A stretch of 64,000 nt of DNA from Octopus vulgaris (taxonomy: Eukaryota): the NCBI GenBank assembly GCA_951406725.2, contig OX597826.1, positions 14,632,001-14,696,000 on the forward strand, read 5' to 3'. The first letter of the stretch is position 1. Each line of letters opens with the position of its first letter. A program made the translations under genes and the position numbers. The notes under the pieces were generated by a model. It saw nothing but the letters and a program-made list of their open reading frames with translations, was not told the DNA's origin and ran no database searches. Shown one piece after another: positions 1 through 13,857 of this stretch.

Positions 1-3000
1 TGCAAGATGTATCGCAAGAAATAAGAAATCCTTTGTAGCTCTACTGCTCGGCAGTAAAATAGAATGTAATCAGTGTTGTCTAAAACTAGCATAGGCGATA
101 TATTCCACCATATTCAAGAAAATCGAAGGCACTTCGTGCCTATAAAGTTTATCCCGATCAGGCAAAGCTCCCTGGAAGCACTGCCAGTCCAGAGACTTTT
201 TGAAATCATCCATCCGTTCCGGTCCGAAAGTTCTCCGGAAAAGAGCCACTAGCTAATCTTCTTCAACGCTCAAGAACATCATCGCACTTTTCCTCCACTA
301 ATCCTCTATAAAAAGCTAAAGAGGATGTACCACCTATCGCACAGTCCGTTTGACTGAGAGCAGTGAGCGTTTGTAAACATTCCACTATCCAAATGGCTAG
401 TTTCTTTAACGGAGCTGCAGTATTGGGTGAAACAGAGCCACGGAAATACGTTTCTGACGAACGGTGACCACACTTGTTCACCGTCAAGGAAGCACTGGAG
501 CCTCAGCACATGTCTGTGCATCATCAACCGCGGCTTGCCCAGGCCACTACGCAGCAGGTACTGCGAACAGATAGACCACTTGACCATCAGGACGCGTCCC
601 TTCCACAAGGAGTGGAAGAGTATACGCTCCAGCGTAATCCGATGGTGGCCAGGACAAGGCACGACGGTCAAGGGATAATAGATGACGGACGCGATATACA
701 CGTTAGCCATCTTTGCCCGACCTTTCAAGAATTGTTTTCTCTCGGCCCATTTCTAGGTGAGAGTAGTCACACTGTTCGTTACTGCGACCCATCTAGAGGT
801 CCGAACTGAACCGGACCACGAGCAACTTAACGAGTCCGTCCGTCCAGTGTCCAACGACATAGTTTGACGGCATGGACATACTTCTCCAGGTACCGAGCCG
901 CAAGCCCACTGATTTTTCGTGGTTAATTGGTTAATTGTCGCTCTTGAAACCGCCTCTTAGTCCCTGAGAACGGAGTCGATCATTTCTATGTGTTTATGAT
1001 CCGACAAAACTATAGTGACCTTGTCGGTATATGCTGACACGCATCTCCCACATCCTAGGCCACGTGGGATGTCTCTCAATGCCTCCAGTTTGTGTAGTAG
1101 TGGCTCGTGAGTCAGTACATACAACTGAGACGAGAGGGGACAACTTTGCCGAACCGAGCACATGATATCGAACGGCTCTGAGAGGTGACCGTTCACTCTG
1201 ATCGCTGAACACACGTCGCTGTGCATTGCAGCGATGCAGCTCCTGAATACAAGTCCGAAACCAGATGCCTTAAGGACAGCCGCCAGGTATAGATGCTCGA
1301 CCCTATCGAAAGCTTTTGTCTGATCTAAATTGATCAGGGCCCCACCCGTGCTAGGTTCTTTAGCCACTTTCTCAATAATGTATTGCATGAGGTGGAGGTT
1401 GTCGTGGATGGATCCTTTCGGGATGGCGCATATGTGTACCTTACTTACATGATCCCCGACAACAAGCGCCAACCTCATAGCTAACAGCTCGGCCAAAATT
1501 TTAAACTCTGCATTCAGTAGAGTTATGGACCTAAAGTTGTCAATATTGTTTGCCTTGTTCGGTTCTTTTTATCAGCAACCTCACCGCTCATCGGCTCACA
1601 AAACTGGGAATTCTCCCATTCTGTTAGTACTTGCATTAAGCGTTTACTAAGAGGTCGCCGAACAAGTCTGACACGTAAGCGTAAAGCTCGTTGAGCAAAC
1701 CATCCCAACTAGACGATTTATCCATCGTGCTGCTAGCCATTGCTTCCCGTATTTGAAAGGCTGTTATCAGTTTTTCGCATCGTTCTGCCTCTGTCGATGA
1801 GATCCACGGCAGCCCGTCGAGGTAGGACGTGAAATCGATCCTGCGACCCGGCTGACCACTGCTCCCGTACAGTTGAGCGAATCGCCGCTGAAAAGCTGCT
1901 CACGTATGTTTGTGATCAGTTATGACCTTCGTGGCCCGACAAGGATCAGATCGTGAATTTATTGCCACTTAGCAGATTGAACGCCTTTCGTCCCTTCGTG
2001 TCTCGTGCTATAGCTACGACAACACAACCTTTGTGTTTCGGGTTGAAGAATTGATCGAATGCCAATCTCGCTGCGAGCACCTCGGCCGCAATATCTTTTC
2101 TAAACGTTTCGTCTAACTTCTTGACTAGCTCTGTCTCAAATCTGTTTCTTTCTACTGCTAGTCTTTTGCTAAACCATAGCGATTCTATTCTAGTTACCCT
2201 TCTCAAGGCGAACCACCATTTATTGTTGATTATTGCCCCCGTCAACGCCCTCTTAGCTAGTTCACTAATCCGGTCTCTGAAATCTTTACGCGTCGGCAAC
2301 GATGTTTTCAGCTTCCAGTAACGCGGTCCCTGTCTATGAAGCCTATCTAAGTCGATTGTACAGATCACAAACTTGTGGTCGGTGTAGTTGACTACTTTAA
2401 ACAGTGGACAACCTATGCTATCCTTATCTGCTACTCCACAGAATACCCTATCAAGATACGATCTGAATGATCCGATGCAGTTTGACCACATTGGCACATC
2501 CGGGAAATCCAGTCGATAACTGTCAGACAGTTGGCATCGTCTGAGCAGATTTGTGAGACTTTTGCGCCCTCCACTCCTATCTTCTAAACCTACACAGTCC
2601 CGCCTTACATCTAAAACTCCATTCCAGTCCCCCACTAACACGTTCCCAAGAAAGTCTTGAGACTATGAAGAGATCTGGTCGTCCTGCCCCTGAGGAGGCA
2701 TAGTCGGTAACTAGCCTGAAGTATGTCTTTCGCTGTCTATCACGTCCAGGACCACTGATTTACTTTCAAGATCAATGAAGATTCCGTATTGTAAAATCCA
2801 CATTTTTCCAAATCATCACATCAACTCCGCCTCCCTCTCCTGGACGACTTTGAGACGCGTACACCTCATAGTCACCGAAAATAGGCCGGAAATCCTGTGA
2901 GTCGGAAATTCTGGTTTCATTAATGGTCACCACGTCGACATTCAGTTCCCTGAGGCCGTTGAGCAGGTGACCCCGCTTCCAAAAGCTACCCCAGGTCATG

Positions 3001-3033
3001 TACATTCACGCTGCCTATTCTGTACATGAGCAT
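1..3033 (-). mobile_element. Tx1/L1-clade non-LTR retrotransposon ORF2 relic (APE endonuclease + reverse transcriptase), frameshifted, continues beyond window start
   Basis: Minus strand reads MLMYRIGSVNV from ~3033. APE motifs: TINETR (2772-3005), GDWN...YLDRVF...TDHK...WKL (1946-2641). RT motifs: LINLDQTKAFDRVEH, SVRQSCPLS, AYTDKVT (957-1496). Multiple frameshifts and stops. Confidence 0.9.
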
Positions 3034-3253
3034 GTTGTCAAAAAAGGGGAGAAAATTAAAGGAAAACTTATTTGAATTTTTTTTTTTTTTTGAAGGGGCG
3101 GATTACCTATCCCTCCTGTTTGCTTGGGATGTTTCCAACCTTACTGGACAGAGTGCACATCTTAAGGAAAGTATTATCTATCTGAGTTCCTTGTTGTGAC
3201 TTGACAGATGACTAAACACTCCGGTGCATTTTTACCTACACTGTGCTATGAAG

Positions 3254-3272
3254 GAATAATAATAATAATAAC

Positions 3273-3368
<96 letters not shown>
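3254..3368. repeat. (TAA)n microsatellite
   Basis: Near-perfect ATA repeat seen directly. Confidence 0.98.
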
Positions 3369-3610
3369 TCTTGAGAAGTTAATAAATATGTTATTGAAGC
3401 ATTGTGCACTGTTTCACTGATCCCGACAGCAAGATCATCATATTAAATTACCTACATCTGGCGGTTAAACACTCCTTGGGTAGACTGAAACTGGTCTCCC
3501 GCAAATTCTCTAATGCAAATCGCTACATCATTAACAACCGCGAACTTATGGGTCTTGAACTCGAGAACATCAAACGTTATCAGAGAGAGCATTTCCACAT
3601 CGTGAAACTA

Positions 3611-3849
3611 AATACCTATTTCTTTACTACCCACAAGGGGCTAAACACAGAGGGGACAAACAAGGACTGACAAACGGATTAAGTCCATTACATCGACCCC
3701 AGTGCGTAACTGGTACTTAATTTATCGACCCCGAAAGGATGAAAGGCAAAGTCGACCTTGGCGGAATTTGAACTCAGAATGTAACAGCAGACGAAATACG
3801 GCTACGCATTTCGCCCGGCGTGCTAACGTTTCTACCAGCTCGCCGCCTT
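3611..3849 (-). mobile_element. tRNA-derived SINE, family 1 (central GCCTTTCATCCTTTCGGGGTCGATAAA domain), A-type tail
   Basis: Head GGCGGCGAGCTGG..., B-box-like GAGTTCAAATTCC, tail AAAGAAATAGGTATT. TSD CGTGAAACTAAATACC at 3601-3616 and 3853-3868. Many copies in the window. Confidence 0.92.
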
Positions 3850-4416
3850 AAACGTGAAACTAAATACCAACTGGCTAGACAGACTGATGAACTAAAAGAA
3901 ATACATAAGTTCCTATATGCTACCTCTTCAGCCATCGCAAACACAATTTGAAAGTAGACAATCAAGAATGAGATGAAGAAACTGCAAGGAAAGCTATAAT
4001 GCCTATGTGAAATCAAAGAGAAAACATACTCCTACATGAAAGAGAAAATAAAAAGAAAAGCTGGAACAATTGCACAACATCACTATATCAACCGAAGGAA
4101 GATATATTAGAGGCTAAAAGGAAACTGAAGCAATAGCATAGCTATTGAGAAAACACGACAAAATTAATGAGTTCTTCAGGTTACTCAAGATCTGTAAAAT
4201 GTCAAGAACTTTTACCGTAAACAGCAAGAGAAAATGACAAGAAAATGATAACCACTTACAATTAATTAAGTCAAGAGGTTTTGGGATAAACTCTGAGAAA
4301 AGGTCAAAGATCAAAAAGAAGTCACAGATAGAGCATCAATGGAAGCAATACAATCACATACAGAAGCAAAAACTGCAATACATAGCAGCCTTCGAGGGAA
4401 ATGGAAGCTAGAGGGG

Positions 4417-4619
4417 ATATATAAAATAGCTCAATTCTGGATCAAAACCTACCCAGCATCCATGAAGATCTCATACAGATCTTCAATGACATTCGTCATC
4501 AAATAGCCAGAAGAATATATAAAATATATAAAATAGTTAACTTCTGGATCAAAACCTACCCAGCATCCATGAAGATCTCATATAGATCTTCAATGACATT
4601 CGTCATCAAATAGCCAGAA
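4417..4619. repeat. ~107-bp-period tandem duplication inside the LINE relic
   Basis: TTCTGGATCAAAACCTACCCAGCATCCATGAAGATCTCA...AAATAGCCAGAA occurs at ~4435-4512 and ~4542-4619. Confidence 0.9.
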
Positions 4620-4881
4620 AAATGTTCCGGCTGGTTTACACGGGAACCACGTACATGCCCTCCTCTTCAGATGAAATGCAAACTACGAAGAATTACAGAC
4701 CCATTATCTGTTTTCTAGCAATGTACAAATTTATCATTTTCATCATCAGCGGCAAAACCTTTAGATTCCTCAATAAAGACAATTAATTCTATGGTAATTA
4801 TTCACGTTATTTAAGACATTGTTTTTATTATGCATTCATCTCTGTAGACCTTGCTTGATATTCATTCTTCCTCTGTCTTAC

Positions 4882-4995
4882 GTGAAATGAAGTGTTTTGC
4901 TCAAGAACACAATACGTCGCTCGGTCCAGGAATCGAAACCAGAATCTTACCATCATGAGTCCAACACCCTAACCGCTAACTCACGAGCTTCCACT
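4882..4995 (-). mobile_element. Decayed head of CORE-type SINE (family 3)
   Basis: Reverse complement resembles the 12301 head (GTGGTTAG, TTCGATTCCTGGACC, TTCTTGAGCAA). Confidence 0.6.
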
Positions 4996-5178
4996 ACACC
5001 TTCGCTAGCCCTTCCACTAATTTTGTACAAAAGTTTGTGATATGAGTTTGAAATGAGCAATTACGTGCTAATCAGCTGTAATCTGTTCATTAATATATAT
5101 GTGGCTCAATTTAATCTATGAGACTTCTATTAGCGAATGGTGCAGAGTTATTTAATATTTCGCTAATAATACTTTAGA

Positions 5179-5430
5179 TATATCGTTGTGACTGGGGAAA
5201 GTTATTTTCTTTTTGTGCCTTATAATGCAACACACGCACCGGTAAAATTTCCACTTATTTCTTATTTTCCTAAAATTTTCGTTGCGTCTTGAAACCTTTT
5301 CAACAGTCTTGCAGGACGCAACGAAAATTGTAGGGAAATAAAGATAAGAAACAAGTGGAAACTTTACCGGTAAGTATGTTGCATTATAAGGCACAAAAAG
5401 AAAATGGCTCTCCCTAGACAACAGAATATA
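5179..5430. mobile_element. Fold-back MITE-like element (~250-bp imperfect palindrome)
   Basis: TTTTCTTTTTGTGCCTTATAATGCAACA...TTCGTTGCGTC pairs with GACGCAACGAAAAT...TGTTGCATTATAAGGCACAAAAAGAAAA. Arms extend imperfectly to flanking TATA. Confidence 0.75.
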
Positions 5431-5869
5431 CTTCAACACACGAACTCACATAAAGAATCTTGCAAACCAAACCCAAAACCTTTTGATATACATCTGCTAA
5501 TATTGTCTGTAATGTGGTCTACAGTTGCAGGTGAGCGGATGATAGGAGTTTTCTATTTGTGCATATTTCTCTTTCTATTTGTGTATATACACAGACATAC
5601 AGAAGAAATCGCATGCGTAGAGCAGTATACACACCGCAGAAAGAGAGAATGGATTAAACAGAACAGGAGGAGACATGTGGGATAGAGAGTCACTGAAGAG
5701 GTCACGGGATGTGTGACGAAACAGATCAGAGAAAGGTCACTAAAATAAGAATAATAAAAAAGCTGGAGTGAAGACCAAGTGTACAGTGCAAGTAGTTAAT
5801 TGACAGAAAATATGACCTTCCACAAATATAACAACATATATATATATATAGTATATGTGCGTGTGTGTA

Positions 5870-5918
<49 letters not shown>

Positions 5919-8233
5919 GAGAGACCGGGGCTATGTGTGTGGGTATGAACGAAGCTGAGTAGCCAAATTAGAAACTCCAAATGGTATACGTATATATCAA
6001 CATGTCTGAGAAATGACTGTAATTCTAAGTAACAGACAATCTGGTGCCATTATAAAACCATTTAGAAAAGTTCAATTGACATTACTGAGTGACCTTTGCT
6101 TTGTTAAATCTCATTAGTGTTGCTTAGCGATTCCAACACGATTATTTCACGAAGCGAAAAACCTTTTATATTCATTTATCAACACTTCATTGCATTAATA
6201 ACTTTCCATACCTTATTGACCGCCTATCTTTCTCTGAATATATCATCAGAGGTTTTTTTTTTCTCTGCATGAAACTGATGCATAGCATTAAAAAACAGAT
6301 GCACTAAAAACGTTTACCAAAACATTTAAATTTATTTCTGTGCGTGGTGGTGTATCTTTATTTATGTATGCGTGTGTGTGTGTGTGTGTGTGCGTAGGCG
6401 TATCTTAATTAGCTTAGAATATTGAGGTACGTTTTTATTTTGCTACATACACAGTCTCATTTATGCGGATATCTTGTGACAACGAAATGAAAATTTTAAT
6501 TTTCTTTGTTAGAAAATAGAATGTAATGAAATGTGAAATATAATAAAACATAACGAAACAAAAATAATGCAGTTGTTTTTGCACATTGATGCATATTTTT
6601 CATTGAAATTATATTTACCTATATTCATATAATACAACATTTTGAAACGTAAATTTTAATTTATTTATCTTCGCTAATTGTTTTCATTTCTCTATTCCTG
6701 TTAATTTCAGACCCTCAAAATAAAGAATGGTTAAAAGAAATTTCGAACAAGATGGAACACAATGCAAAAGACAACATCTTGCTATATCAATCAAGTATTC
6801 AACCAGTGGATTGTCAACTAACGTAGGCTGAACATTAGCTAAAATTATTTCGTTTTGGACACGAAGTTCTTCGAAAACGAAAAAAGTCACGGACGACCGA
6901 CTGCTTGACGATGACCACTCGAGATCTATTACTCGAGTTGCAGTGCAAAGCATCTTGCCAGGTAGCAGGATAACTAAATGTTAAATATACAAGAGTTGCT
7001 TGATATTTACATTATATTCGAAAGTCAAAACATTTCGATGAATGGGGGCCACATATAAGGAATACGTAAAACATCACAGCATGGTCTGTGCCTACCATTG
7101 GTCACTCGAAAAGTCCTAATTTTTTTTTTTATAATGTGACTAGCAAGGGACTTGCAAAGATTAAATTAACTGGACTAGGAAATGACCTCACTCACCTTAT
7201 TATGCAAAATCTCCTAAATTTAACAGATCCCAGAACAATAAAATCAGAATAGACAGAATGGTTTCTTGTTGTCAAAAGTTTAGTAATTTCAATTGTTATT
7301 ATTTACTTTAAATATTATTTCAGTTCTGAGATTAAATATATTTATTAAAACTGTTGGTTAAAACCGCACCAATTTTTGATGCGGCACCATTATACGCACT
7401 TTAACGGAGAAATCCCCTGTTTTCAGTGGTTAATGCTAGAATCACCATTAAGGAAAATTCGTGATGTTTATTGTGATGCGAATGACGTCAAGGAATTTCC
7501 TCTCTCGCGTATGCAAAACCACATGCATATTATATGAATATATTATATATTCATACGTAAAATCAAATATGTCGTATATATAAAGATTGCATTAATATAT
7601 ACAAATGTATGTACATACATATCTGAAAGAGTATAGACGTATATTTATACAAGATTTCCACCAAAGTGAATCAATAGTGATGAAAGAGGATGATATTTTA
7701 ATACGAAATAATAATAGTCTGCTACAGTGTACACAAATATGTTCTGTAGACAGTGGCGCTCAACCCTGTACACAGATGTCATAAAAAATATCGAAGTTTT
7801 TCTGATTAATAAGAAAATATGTTGCCAGTAGATGCAGCCAATGTGTCTGCATATTCTTGTACAGTTAATAATATTGGTTGCATATACTGTATTATTCATC
7901 ACCTTTTAAGAGGCTATTTTCTGTTTACTCCTTCATAACAGTATATATCTACTTCTCTTTCCATATGCTAATTTCTTCTCTTTCTAAATGCTTTCATGTT
8001 CTCCCTTTTCTGTGCTCTTTACCTTAGCTCTCTCTCTCCTTCCTCTTCCATTCTCTCTACCTTTCTCTCCTCTCTTTCTCTACCTCTCTCTACCTCGCTC
8101 CGTCTCTTTCCCTCTCTTTTCCCATTTCGTTTCCTTTTAACGACAGTGTCATTATTTGGTAGCGGGGTGATTTCTATATACTTTTCATCTGCGATACAAA
8201 TTATTCTCTCTTACTCAGTATTATTGTTTATCA

Positions 8234-8234
<1 letters not shown>

Positions 8235-8328
<94 letters not shown>

Positions 8329-8344
8329 TTATCTATCTATTTAT

Positions 8345-8404
<60 letters not shown>

Positions 8405-8514
8405 TTATTTATCTATTTATCTATCTATCTGTCAGTCTGTTTGTATATCTACATATCGATAGATAGATGGACATATAGACAAGCATATACGCACATAAAC
8501 CTATTTATTTACAC

Positions 8515-8551
<37 letters not shown>

Positions 8552-8558
8552 CACACAC

Positions 8559-8643
<85 letters not shown>
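8235..8643. repeat. (TATC)n, (CA)n and (TA)n microsatellite cluster
   Basis: Seen directly. Confidence 0.97.
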
Positions 8644-8644
<1 letters not shown>

Positions 8645-8646
<2 letters not shown>

Positions 8647-8791
8647 CGCCGGAGTGGTGGTGTGGTAAGTAAATTGCTTACCAATCACATGGTTCCGGGT
8701 TCAATTTGGGCAAGTGTCCTCTACTGTAGCCTCGGGTCGACCAAGGCCTTGTGAGTGGATTTGGTAGACAGAAACTGGAAGAAGCCCGTTC

Positions 8792-8822
<31 letters not shown>

Positions 8823-9045
8823 TTGTGTTTGCTTGTCTGTGTTTGTCCCCCTACCAACGTTGGACAATCGATTTTGGTGTCTCTACGGCCCTGTAACTTA
8901 GCGGTTCGGTTAAGAGACCGATAGCAGAAGTACTAGGCTTACAAAGAATAAGTCCTGGGGTCGATTTGTTCGACTAAAGTCGGTGCTCCAGCACGGCCGC
9001 AGTCAAATGACTGAAACAAAAGAATAAAGGAAAAGAATAAAAGAA
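8645..9045 (+). mobile_element. tRNA/CORE-type SINE, family 2
   Basis: Head GGCGCCGGAGTGG..GTGTGGTAAG, CORE-like TTGGGCAAGTGTC, internal (TG)n, tail GCCGCAGTCAAATGACTGAAAC with AAAAGAAT repeats. Confidence 0.9.
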
Positions 9046-9083
9046 TATTTACGTATATATATTTATGCATGTATGTATGTATA

Positions 9084-9122
<39 letters not shown>

Positions 9123-10584
9123 AAAGTCGCATGAGTGACTCAAGGGGCGAGACTTTCGTGTATATATAACTTATGAAACAACACTTATGCTCATAAATTT
9201 ATAGATGCAAGTATGTATGTATGTATCTGTGTGCATGTAACTGGGTATGTGTGCTTGTTTAAGTATACAGTCATGTCTACATCATTAATAAACATACATT
9301 TTGCTCTGATATATGTATTTATGCGTCTATGAGCGCGCACACGTGTATGTTTATAGATTCGCGTGTATGTATATTCCTGTCATGCCTAAATTACAACCAA
9401 TACTTTTAGCTGTACTATCATCGAATGTAAGAATCCAACTGCTTTGTAAACACGGTAGTATTTGCTGAAAGTCTCCGACAATCTACGCACAAACACATGA
9501 AGAGATATCTAAGAGAAAGTTATACAAAGAACTCAAATCAAAAGCACAAATGTTAGCAGCAATGTATAACCGTCATAATAATATAAAATGCTACTTAAGA
9601 AGCCCAGATTTTATTATAGTGAAAGACCATAAACTCACACCAGTGTAGATTCCTTAACAAAGAAATCGCAACGTCTGTATTGTGAGTAAAATAATACTTT
9701 ATAGAATTCACTGAGACTTAAAACAAGCAACTTGCTCGAATCTGACACAACACCACAATGATTATTAGGTAATTCAATAAAGTCAAAAACGAAGATTTAT
9801 CTAATTCAATATCATTGATTATTAAACCACAATAAGTTAAGTTCTGCTAAAATACGTTATTTTCACAAAAGACGTGGGAAGTACCACACAAATGATCTGC
9901 ACTAGACGCTTCCATGCGATATTTTTTTGTGTTAAAGCATAAGGTAGTGCAGACATTTTTTATGTGATTAAGTGACGCTTTGTTAGTACCGAAGTTTTGG
10001 GTGGGGAAGAGATGGCATTAGCTTACGTTTATGATGACATGACAAACTTATGGTTTCAAATGCTGCAACAGGTGTACAGCTACCACTCTAAGAAACCGAT
10101 TTTTAATAACATGCCGCTAATTTCGCAGGAAGCTTTACTCTTTTACTCGTTTCAGCCATGAGGTTGCGGTCATGCTGGAGCACCATTGAAACGAACATTA
10201 GCGCTAACTTTATTGATTGTATGTTAATATACTACAAGACTTCTCGAAACCTTCTGAAAAACAATACTTGCTAATTTGCCAACAGTTAAATCTGAGCTAT
10301 TCCACCAGCCTATGTCATTCTAAATTTATAGAAACTTTAACCTGAAAACAAAAAACCCTACATTTTCGAGATGTTTTGAAGCGAGGTGTGTAATACCATA
10401 ACGTCACCATAATATATCTAAATAACTCAAGTACACCTGGTACAATAATAAAGATTAAAACAAGCAGGAGAATATGCTATAGAGCAATCCAACAAATACG
10501 AATGTCGAAAAATCAACGCACTAGGGAACTTTATCTCAAAAGAAATGTAAAAACATTATCTACTTGCCTGATAATTTACTTGCC

Positions 10585-10649
<65 letters not shown>

Positions 10650-11203
10650 GCGCTGATGTAGTACCAGGCAGTGGCTCTCGTGGCTTCTGATCTTAACTGA
10701 TTGGAAGTGTTATCTTGTGCTTTGTTTTGTCTTGGTATAAAAGATGGGCTACAGCAAATATTCTGCTCAATACCACAGATTTGCTTGTCAGTTGTTTGAC
10801 CTTAACCAGTTGACCATGTCTCTTAGTGGCTGACGATATGTGCATCTCTGATCACGAACAGAAGAAGTGGGGGAACATCATAGCCATGTGTTGAGAGGGA
10901 TTCTTTGGGGTTTGAATAATTCACCTTTGGAAACATGGATGTTTCGCTCAACATCCTTAAATAACCCTTATTCAAGGACCTTTTGAGCGGGATGGATTAC
11001 TCGAACAGAAGAAAATTCTAACTAAGCCCCATCTGCACGGTCATGCGCTGTTTATCTTGATATGAGATCACCATGTCATGCACATATGGTTGTGATGCAT
11101 GTGCCTAGTGCACCCTTATCAGACGGGTAGTCATGATAGGTATACTGGGCTTCGTATATTTTACCCCAGTGTCACTTTGATGGCATGAACTGCTCTCTCA
11201 CTC
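10650..11203 (+). mobile_element. Non-coding ~550-bp retroelement (SINE-like or LINE 3' end) embedded in (TAA)n
   Basis: (TAA)n on both sides (10585-10649, 11204-11264). Close copy on minus strand at 47509-48015 and a decayed 3' end at ~17600-17670. Ends CTCTCTCACTC-(AAT)n. Confidence 0.85.
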
Positions 11204-11267
<64 letters not shown>

Positions 11268-11318
11268 TAACATCGAAAATACCTTAGGTATGAGAATCCA
11301 AGTTCGAAATTTTCCGAA

Positions 11319-11364
11319 GACACCTGAGGAAGGTTGGAGGGTATGTCAACCGAAATGTTGTGTT
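11319..11364 (+). ncRNA. Type-I hammerhead ribozyme-like motif (Penelope-type 3' end)
   Basis: GACAC-CTGAGGA-A-GGTTG[loop]CAACC-GAAA-TGTT-GTGTT: stem I GACAC/GTGTT, CUGANGA core, stem II GGTTG/CAACC. Stem III appears mutated from ACGT. Confidence 0.65.
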
Positions 11365-11649
11365 AACAACAAACAAATATCCGTGGAATGTAAATAATGG
11401 AAATAATAGAAAATGCTTTAGTTTTTCAAATGTATTCTGCAATCTGGAATTATTATATATATTATATCCAGTGATTTTAAGAGGTAGGAAAAATATATTT
11501 TGTTTTAATATTATACATTTACTTCGTTTCACACATACAGGCAAAAATTATAACGTGTCTTTTTTTTAGATGAATTTATCGTTCGTTATCCCTCCACACA
11601 CTTCGTTACCATTAACTTGTGTAACCTCTGCATATTCCCTTCTTCACTT

Positions 11650-12220
11650 CAAACTTCTTTGAATTTTCAATCCCATGTAAACCAAACTCTCTCGAAGACA
11701 TATTTTTGCAAAATATTATATAAAATTATGGGTGAAGAAAGAAATAGCAAAAGATTTGTCGAAAAGCTGGGCTTTTGGCAAATTTCGGAGGGTTCCATCC
11801 TACCCCATTTTCCGGACCCAAAAAAGGGTTTTGTAGCATGCTAGGAAGTCAGCGGAATTCAATCAACGAAAACATTAAAAAATTTCCAATGATTCTGGGA
11901 TATGGAGAGATCTGGTTCGCACCTTTTTTTTTTCTCGAACAAAAGTAAGGGATTTGCAGCATATTACGAGGTCAGGGTACTTTATTCCATGCAAAAATCC
12001 GATTTTTTTTCTTTTCTTAGTAAAAATCGTGTGGGTAAAATGATCAATGTAGGTGGGGGTGGATTTCCGAGGCTTCCACTTCACCCGACCCCCTTTTCCG
12101 GATCCCAAAAAAGGTTTTGCAGCATATTAGGAGGTCACCGGAATTCCTTCAACGGAAAGAGATTGTATTCATTCTTAGTGAAAATCGTGCGGGTGAAAGA
12201 AGCAAATAATACTCATATAT
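11650..12220. mobile_element. Non-autonomous DNA element with ~287-bp internal repeat (Helentron/HINE-like)
   Basis: CCCC.TTTTCCGGA.CCAAAAAAGG.TTTTG.AGCAT..TAGGA.GTCA.CGGAATTC at ~11803 and ~12089. Class assignment is inference from architecture. Confidence 0.5.
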
Positions 12221-12300
12221 ATCATATATATATAAATACACACACCATATATATATATCATATATATATATATGTATATACGTATGTGTATATATATATA

Positions 12301-12646
12301 GTGAAGGCGCATGGCTCAGTGGTTAGAGCATCGAGACTACGATCGTGAGGTTGTGAGTTCGAATCCCGGACCGGGCTGCGTGTTGTGTGTCTTGAGCAAG
12401 ACACTTTATTCCACATTGCTCCAGTTCACTGAGCTGTAGAAATGAGCTGCGATGTCACTGGTGCCAAGCTGTATTGACCTTTGCCTTTCCCTTGGATAAC
12501 ACAGGTGGCATGGAGAGGGGAGGCCGGTATGCATGGGCGACTGCTGGTCTTCCATAAAACCACCTTGCCCAGACTTGCGACTAGGAGGGTAACTTTCTAG
12601 GTGCAATCCCATGGTCAGTGTCGTGACCGAAGGGGATCCCGACCCG
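12301..12646 (+). mobile_element. tRNA/CORE SINE, family 3, inserted in (TA)n
   Basis: A box TGGCTCAGTGG, B box GTTCGAATCCC, CORE-like TCTTGAGCAAGACACTTT. Second copy at 62222-62553. Confidence 0.9.
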
Positions 12647-13857
12647 ATATATATATATACGTATAAATATGAAGTCTGACAGTTCTCTCCTCTGTCTGTT
12701 TTGAGTGGAATTTTCATTGGCGTTAAAAAAAATCTATTTTCACCTTATAAATATTATTTCCTTTGATTACAGTTATATTCGGCTCTCTCTTTAATTATCG
12801 TATTCTCCTCATAACTTTGTACCTTCAGTGCGGGGAAAAAGATATGGGAACAAGTTCATTGTCATTACTTTTTCTTGATTTCTCAGCAGATTATTTTCAG
12901 CACTATTCAAACCATTATGTGGATTTAGGCACCATTGTGTTTACTATGCTTTGCTTAAATCATTCAATATAGTGATTCCTATAAAAATTTCTCTTGCATA
13001 CCCAAAGTTACTAATTGCATAACTGTTTATTGCGTTACTACATTCAGTACTGTGCTATCTCTATGTTCCCCTTATAGTGTTTCTTCACACTGATGCATCT
13101 CTCCTATCATTTTATCATTTAGCATATGAGCATTTGTACATTGTCAGTATTGCAACATATCTTCCACTAAATATTTACCGCTATCACCATAATTATATTC
13201 TTCTTTGGCTTATTCAATTACTCGTCACGCCTCTCTCTGTTTCTCTTATCTCTCTTACCCTCTCTTTCACTTAGAATTTCTCTCTTCTTCATACATAGAA
13301 ACTGAGCCATCGAGATTAATATTCTCGTTCATTAAGTATAATTACAATACCATAATTGCTACGATAATTAGGTATATTTTATTTGGTATTGTGCAAATTT
13401 AAGCGTAATATTTCCTCCACTTCACCACCAAGTCTGCTAATTCCTTCAGTAATTTCTCAACATTGTTAACTTAAACTCAGTGTATCATTGTTGAGTGCGT
13501 AGAGAAAGAAGGAATTCTATTCATAGAAGTGATAATCAGGGAGATTATTTGGTGGAGTTAATTATCTTAAGTACTGGTTGACGTTGAAGATGGAAACATG
13601 ATATGTTCAGATATGTCGTTGTATTTGCTGAAGAACAGACACAGTTATCACTGAACACGGCTCTTCAATTTGATTATGGAGTTGACTTCATTGCATTTTA
13701 GAATTTTAGAAAAAAGAATTATTCTTTAACGCTATGTTTTTCTTCATTAACGTTGTATTTTCAATTAATTTTAACTAATTTATTCCAGTACAAACCAAGC
13801 TTGAGCTCAAACAATAGCCACAACTCTACAAATATTACTGAAATCACTTCTATAACA

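Larger units (their letters stand above)
3370..4780 (+). mobile_element. Highly decayed R4/Dong-like LINE fragment, interrupted by a SINE
   Basis: ~4630-4735 reads WFT.GTTYMP...KNYRPIICFLAMYKF across a frameshift, resembling the RT N-terminal NYRPITCL motif of RLE-clade LINEs. Abuts (TAA)n on its 5' side. Boundaries uncertain. Confidence 0.55.

Noticed and set aside
12301-12375. Functional tRNA gene
   Set aside because: A and B boxes are present but the sequence continues into a CORE domain and tail and is repeated at 62222, so it is a SINE head.
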